DNA of 64,000 nucleotides from Nemertoderma westbladi (taxonomy: Eukaryota > Animalia > Xenacoelomorpha). Made by a program: the position numbers and the translations under genes. The DNA is taken from assembly GCA_032718475.1 (NCBI GenBank), contig JAUCBJ010007289.1, forward strand, positions 62,001 through 126,000, read 5' to 3'. Below are positions 25,831 through 37,900 of this stretch, piece after piece. How positions within the stretch are numbered: position 1 is the stretch's first letter; the number at the start of each line of letters is the position of its first letter. The notes below the pieces were generated by a model. It was given only the letters and a program-made list of their open reading frames with translations, searched no databases and had not been told where the DNA came from.

Positions 25831-26403
25831 TGAATGGATTATCAAAATTTCGTGCTGGCACCAAATTTTGCATATAGCACCGAAAAATACAAGTTTGATA
25901 CGCCTGTTGCTAATCGTATATTTATATTCCATCGAATCCAGAACTCTCAAATACCCCTATAGCGCAAAAATCAGGTTCTAACAATCAATTTACAAAATTG
26001 ACATATTTCATAATTTTGTGCTTCACCAAAATTTGGAACTCGCCGAAAAAAACAAGTTTTAAATTTCTAAATTAATTTGTATGAATTCCACCTAATTGCA
26101 AACACTAAAAAACTGCTGTAAATAAAAAATAGAGATGTTTCAAATCATATTTCATGAAATATAATTTCAAAAAAGTCTCAAAAAAAGTTCCAAAAGTAGG
26201 GTTGAAAAATTGTGCTATAGCTCAAAAACTTCCCAATATTTTTGAAAACTGTTTTTACTATTAGGAAGACAACATATTTTTAGGAAATGTCATGAAATTT
26301 CAGATTGCCAACTACGTTTGTTTCAGAGTTATAATAAAAAAAAACACGGGGTGGGAGTATTGACCCCGGGGGGGGGGGGGGGGGGGGGGGGTAATAGGGT
26401 TAA
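25830..26403. mobile_element. DNA-transposon remnant with a piggyBac-like right end
   Basis: Ends in poly-G then GTAATAGGG|TTAA; no matching left end found. Confidence 0.35.
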
Positions 26404-27161
26404 ATTGAGCGCCCTACGCCCCGCCACCCCGCCCCCGTTCCTTCAGTCAAAAATTTACATCCGCAAATTGTTTATGCATTATTGCTGCTAGTGTTATTGA
26501 AAATTTTATTCTAGGATTTAGACAACAAAAACAACCGTCAAGTACTATAAGAGAAGTATTCTTTTAGATTCTTACCAAATAATCGCAACCACATAAAAAA
26601 TTGTGAGCTACACTTTCGAAACTACTTTAAGGAATTCTGGATGAGACCCTTCTTTTTCCCTCTTTGGGGGGCCAGTTTTGGAACAGAGGCCGCCTATGGA
26701 CCACCAACTATGAGGAAGGCTGGCACAACGGCCTCCATTCACGCCTTTCCAACCGACAACCATATCTGAGCGAATAGGTACTGCCAGCAACGACCGACCA
26801 GCTATATGATCTCCCCAGTCCAAACAGCAACTCACTTGCGATACCCACCACGTTGCGCAGAGATGGATCTATTTCAATGGATGTCAATCTTGTATTCTTC
26901 AGTGACTTCCTCTACTACATTTCACGCATTGCAGCAGATACAGGTGTCCTTGATTAACTATATATACAAGTTCTTTAAAATGGTTATTAGTAAAGGATGG
27001 CGATGGTCGAACTGGAACTACTAGGCATACTGTATAAATTTGGTACATTACATTATACGGTACATTATAAATTTATACAGCAGGTGAGTTCCTGTTTTAA
27101 TAATTAAATAATAATATTTAAAGGGTGTTTAAAAAAACGATTTTAAAATCAATTTACTTAG

Positions 27162-30100
27162 TAACATGTAATTATGTGGTACTGCTCGATACTGTACTGC
27201 ACTTGCTGACTGATTGCCCTACACTGCCTGACTCACTGACAGCCTGTTTGGCCCGTGATCGGGCACATTGGGCTGAAGCCTGGTAGCAGATTGAGCCGGG
27301 GGCCCTCACTTCGCCGGTTTCAGGAGGTTTCGACGGGGGATTCCGGAGGTTCGCCATCGGGGTGTCCCTGTTCCACTGCCCTCACACGCCTTCGCTCCGA
27401 TTGAGCGCCCTGGTTGCGATACACAAATCTCTAGGTTGGTATTTGTCTGTTAGCTCATCTTCCTAATCATCGGAAGGATTACAACTTCTCATTAATTGGA
27501 GAACTGATAACTGGTCGTCATCCATTCAGCTATTAACTGTATTCACCCAATCATAATCGTAATCCATAACCCGTATAATCAGTCTTTCGGTGCTTCTCCC
27601 TTGACTGTTTCTAATCGACCTATATAATTATTACTAATTATTTATACTCACTAATTAAACTTTGAAACTTGCCTTTCTTGCCTTTCTTGCCTTTCTTGCT
27701 ATATTATAGAGTTTTTCTTAATGCCATTAATTAGTTGTTTTAGTTTCTCAGGAAGTTTATTTAATTTCAAACCTTCGTATATATCTTGCTGTGTTCACAT
27801 TTGGTATACCTTATCTAAAGTATATTTTGTTGTTTGTTTAAGTTATACTATTGCGAACTGCGATTGTTGTAAATTTTACGTATTGCTGTGTAAGTAAATA
27901 CATGTTCTTTAACTGCTATAGATGTTGTTTAGTTCTTCGTGTGTGTGTCCTTCTTTTCAATACTCCTTTTTATTCCCTATATTATTACTGTGTATACATT
28001 TGTTGTGTGCCTAATTTGCACACCCTAACTCCCTAGAATCCCCACCGAGATGAATTCCACCATTGACTTATCCGAGAGCATATTGCTTAATGATCCCCCT
28101 AATAGTTCTGAAGACATGTACATGTTGGCTGGGATACCTATTTCTTATTCTCGTGATATTAAATCCCTAGTCGTTCCTGAAGGCTGGCTTACTGATAACA
28201 TAATATCTGCTATCATTAAGTATTTATGTGACCAGTACCCAGGAAATGCTGAATCTTTTAGTTCCCACTTCCTCAACATTTTTCAGAGTAGAGGCGCGCA
28301 CATTGTACAACGTCAAAAAGATAATAGTATACTTACAAACGATTACATATTTTTTCCAGTAAATATTAGAGGATATCACTGGGCTGTTGCTGTCCTCTGT
28401 CCTAAAGCCTCTACAATTTACTACTATGACTCTAAAGCCTGGCCTAACCCCTCACTGATAAATAATGTTAAATTATGGGCAACCTCAGTCGCGACTAGAT
28501 TCAATGAGACTATCCCATCCTTTAAGGTTCACCAGTTACAAAATAAAATTCAGTACAATGGCTTTCAGTGCGGGGTCTATGTATGCCGGTTTGTCAAGAT
28601 GTTTCTGGATGGAGACACTTTACCTTTAGTTGGCATAAATGACTCTTCTATGGCCTCCTACCGGCTAACCCTCTGCGATTTGGTCAAGCACAATGCCATA
28701 CTAACTACAAGGCCTGCAGATACATTAGTAATAGAACCAGTGACTAATCCTGGTACTTCCAATTCAAAGTCTCTATTTCAGCAACAAAACATCCCAGATC
28801 CATCTCCTGAGACACAATCCGAACATTCTCCTACTAACACTTCTCAGACTTATCTTATCCCTAACAAAGAAGGTCTGGTTGCTGTCAAACCTTCAAAAAC
28901 CTACACCTCTCACACAAGCTCTAGCTCACAGCAACAGTCATCGCGTAAGGACTGCCCTTCTTGTTGGAAAAGCTGCTTAGTAAACACAAACGGTCTTCTA
29001 CGAAGACATAAATCTCAAGGAGGATCTGTATGCCCCGGTATTGTACAAACTCCATCTCTGGGGATCCCTGACAACTTGGGGCTAAATGCAGATTTGAATG
29101 CTGAGCAGGATGTACAAGCAACAGATCAGGTTATAGTGGATAGTGAATGTGAAGGTAGTTACTCTAGAACTGAAGCTAAAGCAGATCTGCCTACCTACAA
29201 ACCATTCCACCCTCCAAGCTTTACGTGGGGCGCAACTTCTGGTCTTGTTCTTAGTAAGGAAATGGATCTGATCTACTCTACAGTCTCGCATTGGCGCAAG
29301 AATTGTTTCAAGTTACCTTCAGGCAAGGCTGGTAAAGCATTTGTAAGTGAAACAAATAGAATAATGTCAGGCTGGATAACGGCCTCACCTTTAGAGGGCC
29401 TAGCATTCAAACTAATTGCAATCATGCCACACTTGCTATTACAAAAGCCCCACAGTAAGTCAAAGGCTGCTGAGCATAGCAAGGTGCTGTCTTCAAGGCT
29501 CCAGTTATGGGACTCTGGTGACTTCCACTCCCTTCTTAGAGATGGGTTAGCTATACAGAAGAAGATTCAAAGGAAACTCCCTGACCGAAAACAGTCGGAC
29601 ACAGCACGAATCTTTAGTAAGCTAGTATTTGCTGGAAAGATCGCAGCAGCACTTCGTTTCCTAGACAATTCAAACGATGGATTTATAGAGTTGTCCAGTG
29701 ATGTCATTAATGAGCTCAGAATGAAACATCCTGCTCCAGCGGTATTTACTCTTGATTCGGCTCTTAGAGGTCCAATTGATGTTGTCCCCCCTAGTACCTT
29801 TGCTGCCATTGATGGGAAAATGGTATTTAACGCGGCCCTCAGGATTAGAGGAGGTGCTGGTCCATCCGGACTTGACGCAGAGTCTCTGAAACGGATGCTT
29901 TGCTCAAAGGAGTTCCGTCCCATGTCTACAGACCTCTGTAACTCAATTGCAGGAGTTGCTCAGCGCTTAGCTACTGAAGCCATTGACCCACTATCGATCG
30001 AGGCTCTGGTCGCATCAAAGCTTATCCCCCTTAATAAAAATCCGGGAGTGCGACCAATAGGTGTTGGGGAGAGTCTGAAACGGCTGATTGGCAGAATTGT

Positions 30101-32434
30101 AGTGGGGGCCATTAGGGATGAAATCAAGCAAGCTGCTGGACCACTCCAAACAGCAGCAGGACATCCTGCTGGAGTAGAATCTGCGATTCATGCACTAACT
30201 GAAGACTTTGAGGATGACAGTGAATGTGAAGCCGTCTTAATGATAGATGCTACAAATGCTTTCAACCTCCTGAACAGATCAGTGGCCTTACATAATGTCA
30301 GAATTTTGTGTCCAGCTTTATCAACATACCTGATAAACACATACCGGAAGAGGATTCGACTATTTTGTGGCACAATTGAGTTAGAATCTTCGGAAGGTAC
30401 AACGCAGGGCGACCCAGCTGCATTTCCCTGGTATGGTATTTCAGTGAACCCACTGATATATTACCACCCAACCAAGGCAAAATCAGTTTGGTATGCAGAT
30501 GATGCAAATGGTATTGGTAAGTTGTTGGAGCTTCGGGCGTGGTGGGACTATATCTCTCTACATGGACCTGCTTATGGGTATCACCCTAAGGCAGAAAAGT
30601 CTTGGCTTATAGTAAAACCGGGTTTAATGGAAGCAGCTGAGGAGATATTTAAGGAAGTGAGGGTGCAAATTACAGACCAGGGCCAGCGCATTCTAGGAAG
30701 TGTCATAGGAACACAAGTTTTCTCTTCAATGTTTGCTAAAACTAAGATTGCAGGTTGGTGTGATCAGATTGAGAAGTTGGCAGAAATAGCTGAAACCGAG
30801 CCACATGCTGCCTATGCCGCGTTTACGCATGGCCTAAGTTCTAAATGGACATTCTTCCAACGCTGCTACAAAGGTGATGAGGGTCTCTTTGGTCCACTTG
30901 AAGATTCAATCTACAAGAAACTGGTCCCATCAATACTGGGTTCCATTTGCGATTCAGGCCTTAGGGATATACTAGATCTGCCAGTGCGCCATGGTGGTCT
31001 CGGGATTACAAATCCCACTTCTTCTGCAGCTCTACAATTTGACAACTCTTGTGCTGTAACTAAACAGCACAAAACATGTATACAGAAACAGAGTATGTTC
31101 CTTGAACACTCATCTTCGGAGGCTCAGAAAGCCGTAACTTCGGTAGTTCGAACCAGAACTATACAGCATTGGAACACCAAAGCAGCCATCATCAAGGACT
31201 CTTGTGATCCACTAATGGCACGTGCTCTTGACCATGCATCGCGCCCGGGCACTTCATCATGGTTGACCGCTCTTCCATTAGAGTGTGAAGGTTTTGCCCT
31301 AAACAAATCCGATTTTCGAGATGCAATCGCACTAAGATACAACCTCCCTATATTTGGCATGCCATCCTCCTGTGTCTGTTCTGCCTCTTTTACACCCGAC
31401 CATGCTCTATCTTGCAAGAAAGGCGGCTTTATCGCATTACGCCACAATGAAGTTCGCGATCTGCTGGCCAATCTCTTGCATGAGGTCTGTACGGATGTAG
31501 CATTGGAGCCAAAACTGCAACCCTTAACGGGTGAGGTCCTATTCCCAGGTTCAGCTAACACATCCAGTGAAGCTCGTCTGGATATTTCGGTAAGGGGGTT
31601 TTGGGGACGCTTCTCCAAATCTTTTTTCGATGTTCGTGTATTTTACCCAAATGCAACATCATATCTCTCCTCTCCTATAGACTCTATTCTTAAGAGCCAC
31701 GAAGGGGAGAAGCGCCGGTCCTACAATGATAGAATTATAAATGTCGAGCGTGCCTCCTTTACCCCTTTAGTGTTTTCGACTGGTGGTGCAGCAGGGCCGG
31801 AGTGCAGCCGTTTCATGGCACATCTGGCAGGTCTCCTTTCGGAGAAGAGAGGCTCCACTTATGCAGCTGTATCACACTGGCTGCGTTGCAGGATCTCATT
31901 TAGTCTGGTGAGATCAGCAGGCATATGTCTGAGAGGACATAGATCTCTTCAAGCTATGCCACCATCTTCTATTGATGACCCGCGGCTTATTCCAGATCTG
32001 GGCCCCCATCATAATCTTCACCAGTAAAGCCCCCCTTCTTTACCTAACTTATTTTTATTTTTATTTATTTTTTGTTATTTCTCTTGATATGTTACTGTAT
32101 TGCACGTTCCCACATTCTACCGGTTTTCTTTAAACTCGTTACTGGATCCATCATTATTGCTTCATTTACTTCATTGCGGTATACAGTATTATAGTAGTTG
32201 AATTACTTTATTATTATTTTATATGGTCCTAATAATTATTTGACTTTATGTGAGTACGACAATCTGTTTATTTCTATATTGCACTGTATATTTAATACTA
32301 TTTTGTTGTATATTGTATGTATTTTAGAGATTTTTGACAATATTTATTTGGTGATCTATGCACATATTAAGTTTACCATATATATTATTAATATAAACAA
32401 TAAAGTTTTAATGATTGTATAAAAAAAAAAAAAA
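27162..32434 (+). mobile_element. Full-length CRE-like non-LTR retrotransposon with Ulp1-type protease
   Basis: 11-bp TSD AATTTACTTAG (27151-27161, 32435-32445); AATAAA at 32399; poly(A) from 32421; about 890-nt 5' UTR; single intact ORF. Confidence 0.92.
28050..32027 (+). CDS. Ulp1/C48 protease - CCHC zinc finger - reverse transcriptase - RLE polyprotein (1325 aa)
   Basis: Protease: WLTDNII, FPVNIRGYHW, YYYDS, QYNGFQCGVYV. Zinc finger: CPSC-x12-H-x7-C. RT: RPIGVGESLKR, DATNAFN, GTTQGDP, WYADD. Zinc knuckle: CVC..HALSC. RLE: RHNEVRD, RLDI, FDVRV, EKRRSY. Confidence 0.95.
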   Translation: MNSTIDLSESILLNDPPNSSEDMYMLAGIPISYSRDIKSLVVPEGWLTDNIISAIIKYLCDQYPGNAESFSSHFLNIFQSRGAHIVQRQKDNSILTNDYIFFPVNIRGYHWAVAVLCPKASTIYYYDSKAWPNPSLINNVKLWATSVATRFNETIPSFKVHQLQNKIQYNGFQCGVYVCRFVKMFLDGDTLPLVGINDSSMASYRLTLCDLVKHNAILTTRPADTLVIEPVTNPGTSNSKSLFQQQNIPDPSPETQSEHSPTNTSQTYLIPNKEGLVAVKPSKTYTSHTSSSSQQQSSRKDCPSCWKSCLVNTNGLLRRHKSQGGSVCPGIVQTPSLGIPDNLGLNADLNAEQDVQATDQVIVDSECEGSYSRTEAKADLPTYKPFHPPSFTWGATSGLVLSKEMDLIYSTVSHWRKNCFKLPSGKAGKAFVSETNRIMSGWITASPLEGLAFKLIAIMPHLLLQKPHSKSKAAEHSKVLSSRLQLWDSGDFHSLLRDGLAIQKKIQRKLPDRKQSDTARIFSKLVFAGKIAAALRFLDNSNDGFIELSSDVINELRMKHPAPAVFTLDSALRGPIDVVPPSTFAAIDGKMVFNAALRIRGGAGPSGLDAESLKRMLCSKEFRPMSTDLCNSIAGVAQRLATEAIDPLSIEALVASKLIPLNKNPGVRPIGVGESLKRLIGRIVVGAIRDEIKQAAGPLQTAAGHPAGVESAIHALTEDFEDDSECEAVLMIDATNAFNLLNRSVALHNVRILCPALSTYLINTYRKRIRLFCGTIELESSEGTTQGDPAAFPWYGISVNPLIYYHPTKAKSVWYADDANGIGKLLELRAWWDYISLHGPAYGYHPKAEKSWLIVKPGLMEAAEEIFKEVRVQITDQGQRILGSVIGTQVFSSMFAKTKIAGWCDQIEKLAEIAETEPHAAYAAFTHGLSSKWTFFQRCYKGDEGLFGPLEDSIYKKLVPSILGSICDSGLRDILDLPVRHGGLGITNPTSSAALQFDNSCAVTKQHKTCIQKQSMFLEHSSSEAQKAVTSVVRTRTIQHWNTKAAIIKDSCDPLMARALDHASRPGTSSWLTALPLECEGFALNKSDFRDAIALRYNLPIFGMPSSCVCSASFTPDHALSCKKGGFIALRHNEVRDLLANLLHEVCTDVALEPKLQPLTGEVLFPGSANTSSEARLDISVRGFWGRFSKSFFDVRVFYPNATSYLSSPIDSILKSHEGEKRRSYNDRIINVERASFTPLVFSTGGAAGPECSRFMAHLAGLLSEKRGSTYAAVSHWLRCRISFSLVRSAGICLRGHRSLQAMPPSSIDDPRLIPDLGPHHNLHQ

Positions 32435-32689
32435 AATTTACTTAGACACTTTGTAAATCTTCTCTTAGCCTAATGCTGAGTCGGAGCTTCGTCATGATTG
32501 TTTCAGACCTTGGTGATTGTTTTTTGGGATCTTCATCCTATTCGGACCTTCGTCCTGTTGTTTAGGCCCTTCGTCTTGGTGCTTCGGACCTCCATTCCAT
32601 TTGGACCTTCATCCTATTGGATCTTCGGCCAATTCGTACCTTCATCTTTCAATGATGCCAATTACAGCAGGCAATGTTCTATGCATGTC

Positions 32690-32900
32690 CTTAGATATGA
32701 TGAAGTGATGGTATCACAACCTACTGGCTCCAGAAGTCAGGGAAATCCTGCCAAGTACCTAACTGATCTAGACTTTTCTGATGACTTAGGAATACTCTCA
32801 GAATTACGAGATGGAACCCAATGGGTCCTCAGCTCATTCAAACAGGCTTCTTCTAGAGTTGGTCTTTTTGATAACTCCAAGAAGAATTTTGACAGTTACT
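32690..32900 (+). pseudogene. RTE RT-core remnant
   Basis: YLTDLDFSDDLGILSE...ASSRVGL..NSKK matches RTE 'LDFADD...GL.IN.KK'. Confidence 0.65.
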
Positions 32901-32937
32901 TTAAAAATAGTACCAGTTCTCCGCTATGGGAGTCCAT

Positions 32938-34585
32938 GCTGTGTGGGGCGAGCCACGAAGTGAGTGAGCCTTAGTGTAGGGGTACCATTAATCAAGCTGT
33001 GGGGCGAGCCACGAAGTGAGTGAGCCTTAGCGTAGGGGTACCATTAATCAACCTGTCGTTCTGTCGTTCTGTCGCGTTTTTTTTCAGTATTTTATTTTAA
33101 ACGTTAATAACTCGACCAATCCTTGATGAAATCTATCCAAACTTGGTACACATGTTGTTTGGCAAAAGTTTGAAAATTTTCCAAGTAGAATTTGCGTGGG
33201 GCTTTCGTGCAGCATCAGTGTAACTGTTATTGCAGTTATAATAAATTTATTTATCCAAATTTAAAATGCGTTAAATTTTTATTACTGTAGGATAAATCAG
33301 CTGGGTTTCTGACAAATTTTGCAATACATTGGGGCTGTCTGCCGATCTGCATGTACCATGTGTAACGGTACTGTCAGGCTGTACTCAATCCCTGAATCGA
33401 GAATCCTGCAATCAGTCAATACTGCAATACTGGTCAGCCGGTACCATACACTGCAGACATGCCATATCATGTAATCTAATTAAACATGGCCCCGGCAACC
33501 CTTGCGGTGATTATAGTTTAGGCCTAATTAGCCCAGTACCGGCACCGGTAATAATAATATAATAGGCCTAGTTTAGATAGTTACCGCTAATCATTCAGTC
33601 ATTGTTGCATTGGCACGGTACACCGTATTGCTGTAATGCCGTTGTAGTGCGCACCGTAGGTACCACCCTACTATCGGTACCGGCTGACTGGTGGCAACTA
33701 GCACTTGCACAGCAACAGCACTACCGGCGATACACAGGTTGGAATTTATGTAGAGTTTGCTCAACAGTACAGATATAAAATAGTTATCTAAATTATATAT
33801 ATTACTATTGACAAGTATTGAAATATATACCGTTATTCGTGTTATCAGTATTTGCAACATCTGACATTGAAGAGGTGAGAGAAGATGAATACCGGCACTC
33901 AACAAAACCAACGCTTATCACAGGTCGGTATGGTTACCTCGAAACCGGCGCGACTGTCCACTCGAATACAACTTCAAAACACAAACGCCAACAATAAACT
34001 GAAAGCGAATCGAACGTCTTCAGAAGAATCTGTCATTGGGACAAAGAAAAGGAAGCCGAAACCACGGGAATGGACCACAGCTAAGATTGAATGCTCCCAT
34101 TGTCAGAGTTCCTGGACCGAAATTGAAACACCAATTGCCGATGGGCTTGATCTCTCAAACCAAAACTTCCTCTGCGGGGTTTGCGCAGCAGTAAAGATTG
34201 AAAGTCTGGAAGCTGGCATCCCTAGGTATTATTATTATAAAGAGCGTCAGCCTGCGTTTAATAAATATATTTTAATACAAAACAGGTCGAACGCAAAGAG
34301 GCTTATAATGAAGACGAGTACTGCATTGATTATATTCCTATAAACCACCTGGCTTTGCATATTGAACGTGCGTTTGGAAATAAGTTCGTGCTACCCTTCC
34401 GTGGGTGGTAGATGTCGCGGTTATGTATTGGTGGGTGGGGGGAGGGGGGGGGGGGGGTGCAGATTAAAAGGGGTGAACACGTACTGTCTCCCTTTCTTTG
34501 ATTTTGTGATACAGTCGCACAATTTTAATTTGTATCTCATAACTGGGCCTCGTGCTGCGCGAAGGCCCCACGAACGTGTTCTAAC
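32938..34585. mobile_element. Non-autonomous element, DINE-1/HINE- or Crypton-like (tentative)
   Basis: Start is tandemly duplicated (about 57 bp, GTGGGGCGAGCCACGAAG...); (CTGTCGTT)n microsatellite; AAACTTGGTACACATG; short inverted GCCCCAC and hairpin near 34546-34572. Confidence 0.45.
33885..34343 (+). pseudogene. PHD-like zinc-finger fragment, possibly LINE ORF1 5' end
   Basis: IECSHCQSSW...FLCGVCAA followed by an apparent truncation. Confidence 0.4.
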
Positions 34586-34639
34586 TCACAAGAATGCTAC
34601 TGTGTGTCTGGTTCTCTGTGTCAAGTAGAATACACACAT

Positions 34640-34989
34640 CTCTAACCTGACACTATATAACATTCGAGGTCTCTCATTGAATCCCTCACACTTGAACAAA
34701 GCCGCCTCCACTTTGCAGGATATTGTTTTCGCCGTGAGGACCCTCTTGTGCACAATTTTGTGCTTTAGCAGCCCCATTGAGAAAATAAGCATGGTGGACA
34801 GCCCATGACTTTCTTTAGACGCCGCTAAGGACACTGGCCTTGAAGATGTGGATAATCTCGCGAAAATCATGGGGGATAGGGAGTTGTGGTGGTACAATTT
34901 TGTTGATATGCCGGTATAGCATTCTTAATGTACTGTACACTGCCTTTTTGTTAAGCCAGAATGGCATCCCAATGTGCAGCTTCAATGCA
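34640..34989 (+). mobile_element. RTE 3' fragment; its tail continues at 40216-40243
   Basis: Homologous to the other RTE 3' copies; CAATGCA|...|CAGAAGGCCGATTATAGTAGTAG is split by the Chapaev element. Confidence 0.8.
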
Positions 34990-37900
34990 CACAGTGTGCT
35001 TAAACTAAATTTTAGTCGAAAAAATTGTCCAGTAGAGCTGTTTGTTTTTTCCCACTCGTATTGGTATAGTTGTTAAAAAAACGACAAAAAGTAAAAATTT
35101 TGTGGAGCTATTTTAAAATTACAAGCTTTTTTTCATTTTTGACATGTCTGCACCCACTTTTTAAATTTTCAAAATTTATTAATTTATAATTCCTATCTTA
35201 AACAAGTGGTGTAGCTCCAATTTATAATCTTTAGAGGTTATCGATATCCCTGAGTTCAAAAAAGCGGGTTAGATTGCGTCAAAAATTGTTTTGGCACGAA
35301 AATTACAAGTATTTTTCATTTTAGCATGTCTGCACTCACTTTTGAAATTTTCAAACTATCTTAAACAAGTGGTGTAGCTCCAATTTATAATCTTTAGAGG
35401 TTTTCGATATCCCTGAGTTCAAGAAAACGGGTAAGATTGCGTCACAAATTGTTTTGGCACGAAAATTACAAGTATTTTTCATTTTGGCATGTCTGAACCC
35501 ACTTTTGAAATTTTCAAACTATCTTAAACAAGTGGTGTAGCTCCAATTTATAATCTTTAGAGGTTTTCGATATCTCTGAGTTCAAAAAAAACGGGTTAGA
35601 GTGCGTCAAAATTTGTTTGGCACGAAAATTACAAGGATTTTTCATTTTGGCATGTCTGCACCCACTTTCAAAATTACAAAACACTTCAAAATTAAACTTT
35701 CATCTTAAACTAAATTTTTCTAAGCCGGATTTTTGCGTGATTTCAAAAATGAACCCAGATTTTTCGTAATTCTTAATTCGTAATTTTCGTCATTCTGCCT
35801 AATTTGAGACATGGACCCAAACGTGAGACAAATTCAATATCAACTTCAAGGGGCTCCTATAGCCAAATAATTACAGATCTTTTGTCTCAAATAAAGGCTG
35901 TAAGAACCTAACAAGATTCTCCGTAATATTTATGAGGTTATTTCATGTTAGTTATTAAAAAAAATTACAATTGAATTTCTTGTCTCACATTAGGGAATCG
36001 ATGCCAAATTTGAGACATGCAACATTTCTTCAAAAATCAGCAACTGCTCGGCAAAATCAACTTTCGAGACCCGGAAAAATGGATTCTACGCCCCGGGAAA
36101 CCCCTTATTACATAATTTCTGAGGAAGTCCAGTGTTTACATTTTTACACAGAACCCAACGAAGTTCAAAACCTGTCTCTTATATGGACCAATGACTGTGC
36201 TAGTTTTCCTTGTTTACAGTGTATTTGGAGATACTACATTCAGTGGTTCCAAATATATATACATGTTTTGACAAATTTGGTCGAGCTAAATATAATTTAA
36301 ATAGCGAATAATTATGGTTATCGATAAAAAATACTACTGATGCCAGATAATACTTCCTTTTTAAGCCACTCTTTTCCATTTAGGATTTGTTAATAAAAAG
36401 GAGGCAAATTCAAAAGCTCTAGAATATAATATTTAGCAGATTGATTGAATTACTTAACTTGCTATTTCACTATACTACAGTATAGTGCAGTACAGCCTAC
36501 AGTACAGCCTATATGTACACATATAGGCACGTTTTTATTTCGAATACCGGATTGGATTACAATTATGAAGTTGTTTAATTGACATAACTATTACTGGGTT
36601 AAGAAATTAATCGTATGGCCTCAACATCTCATGCTCGGACAGCCCGATCGCATGAAGACAGTCGCCTTGCAGTTTGTCTTATTTGCATGGGAAAGAGTAA
36701 GGATATGAGACCGGTTGGAAGTAACTTACTGGAACTAATATCAGAATTTGTTTTGACTAATTATGATCCGGAAGATAAAAGGCTACCTATTGCAGTTTGT
36801 GCTACTTGTCGGCAAGTTGTACATGAATATGGGCATGGTAAGTTTAAGAGATCGCTATCAGTTTTCGATCATTCTAAAATTTCCGATATTTATCACACTC
36901 GATCGAAGTTGCAACCTTCTGGCTGTAATTGCCTTGTTTGCGAAATTGATGCAGTATCTGCAGCACCTAGAGTGATAACTTCTACCAAGAAACGACGTGG
37001 TCAACCATCATCATGTGGTGCACAACCAGGACGGGAACAACAACCACAACCTATAACGCTCTGCAGAAAGTGTCTGACAGTTATAGGGATTGGAAAGGAT
37101 CATTTGTGCACAAAATCCACCTGCAACGAAAACATTGTTCAACTGGCTGAGCAGGGAACCCCCTCGGCAAAGCAAAAGATAGCTGCAAAAATAATTAGAG
37201 AAGAAGTGTCAATCAGAAACTCGGAAGCCGACATTTTGTGTTCTACATCAAGAATTGTTGTTTCTCTTTCAACTAGCACTGGGCGTCCTTTTAAACTTAC
37301 GGTTGGTAAAACTCATAATCCTTCTGAAGTTAGAAAGAACCTTTCAGCTGAACTTTTCTCAAATATTCAAGTAGCCAATGGGTTTAGCACAAGGAAGATG
37401 TTGGGAGTTGCTTCTCATCTACGAAGTGCCTTAAATGATCGTAATATTATAGAATCTCACCTACAGGAAACGCTTCAAGAACGAAATCACTGCTTGGATG
37501 AACACTTCTCTCTAACTCAGTTAAATTTTACTAAGAAGAGTCCATCAGAGGAGCTACCGGATGTAACTTCAAAGTCAGTAGTTTTTTGTACTGATATTCG
37601 TAAACTAATATCAACTGTGCTGGAGCTACGAACCCAATCTGAGTCAGATATAGTATCACAACTAGGCATTGATGGAGGCGGTGGATTTATAAAAGTTTGC
37701 TTGAACCTTTTCAGCATTGATGATGATATTAGTACCCATTTACCATCGTCTAAGAGGCGAAGTTATGTAGCAGATGGAATGACTACAGCTAAAAAGTTTA
37801 AACTGTCTATCTAAGTTTAAACTGTAAAGAAACTGTTTATCGTATTTATTGCTCCAGATGTTGAAGAGAGCTATGCCAACCTTCTTTAAGATTTGGATGC

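Noticed and set aside
28921-31618. Short antisense ORFs within the retrotransposon (likewise 43219-45826)
   Set aside because: Shadow ORFs of long coding regions with no recognisable motifs.
34990-35030. Full RSS or ProtoRAG/Transib element
   Set aside because: No nonamer at 12 or 23 spacing, no 5-bp TSD, transposase motifs are Chapaev-type, and no RAG2-like ORF.
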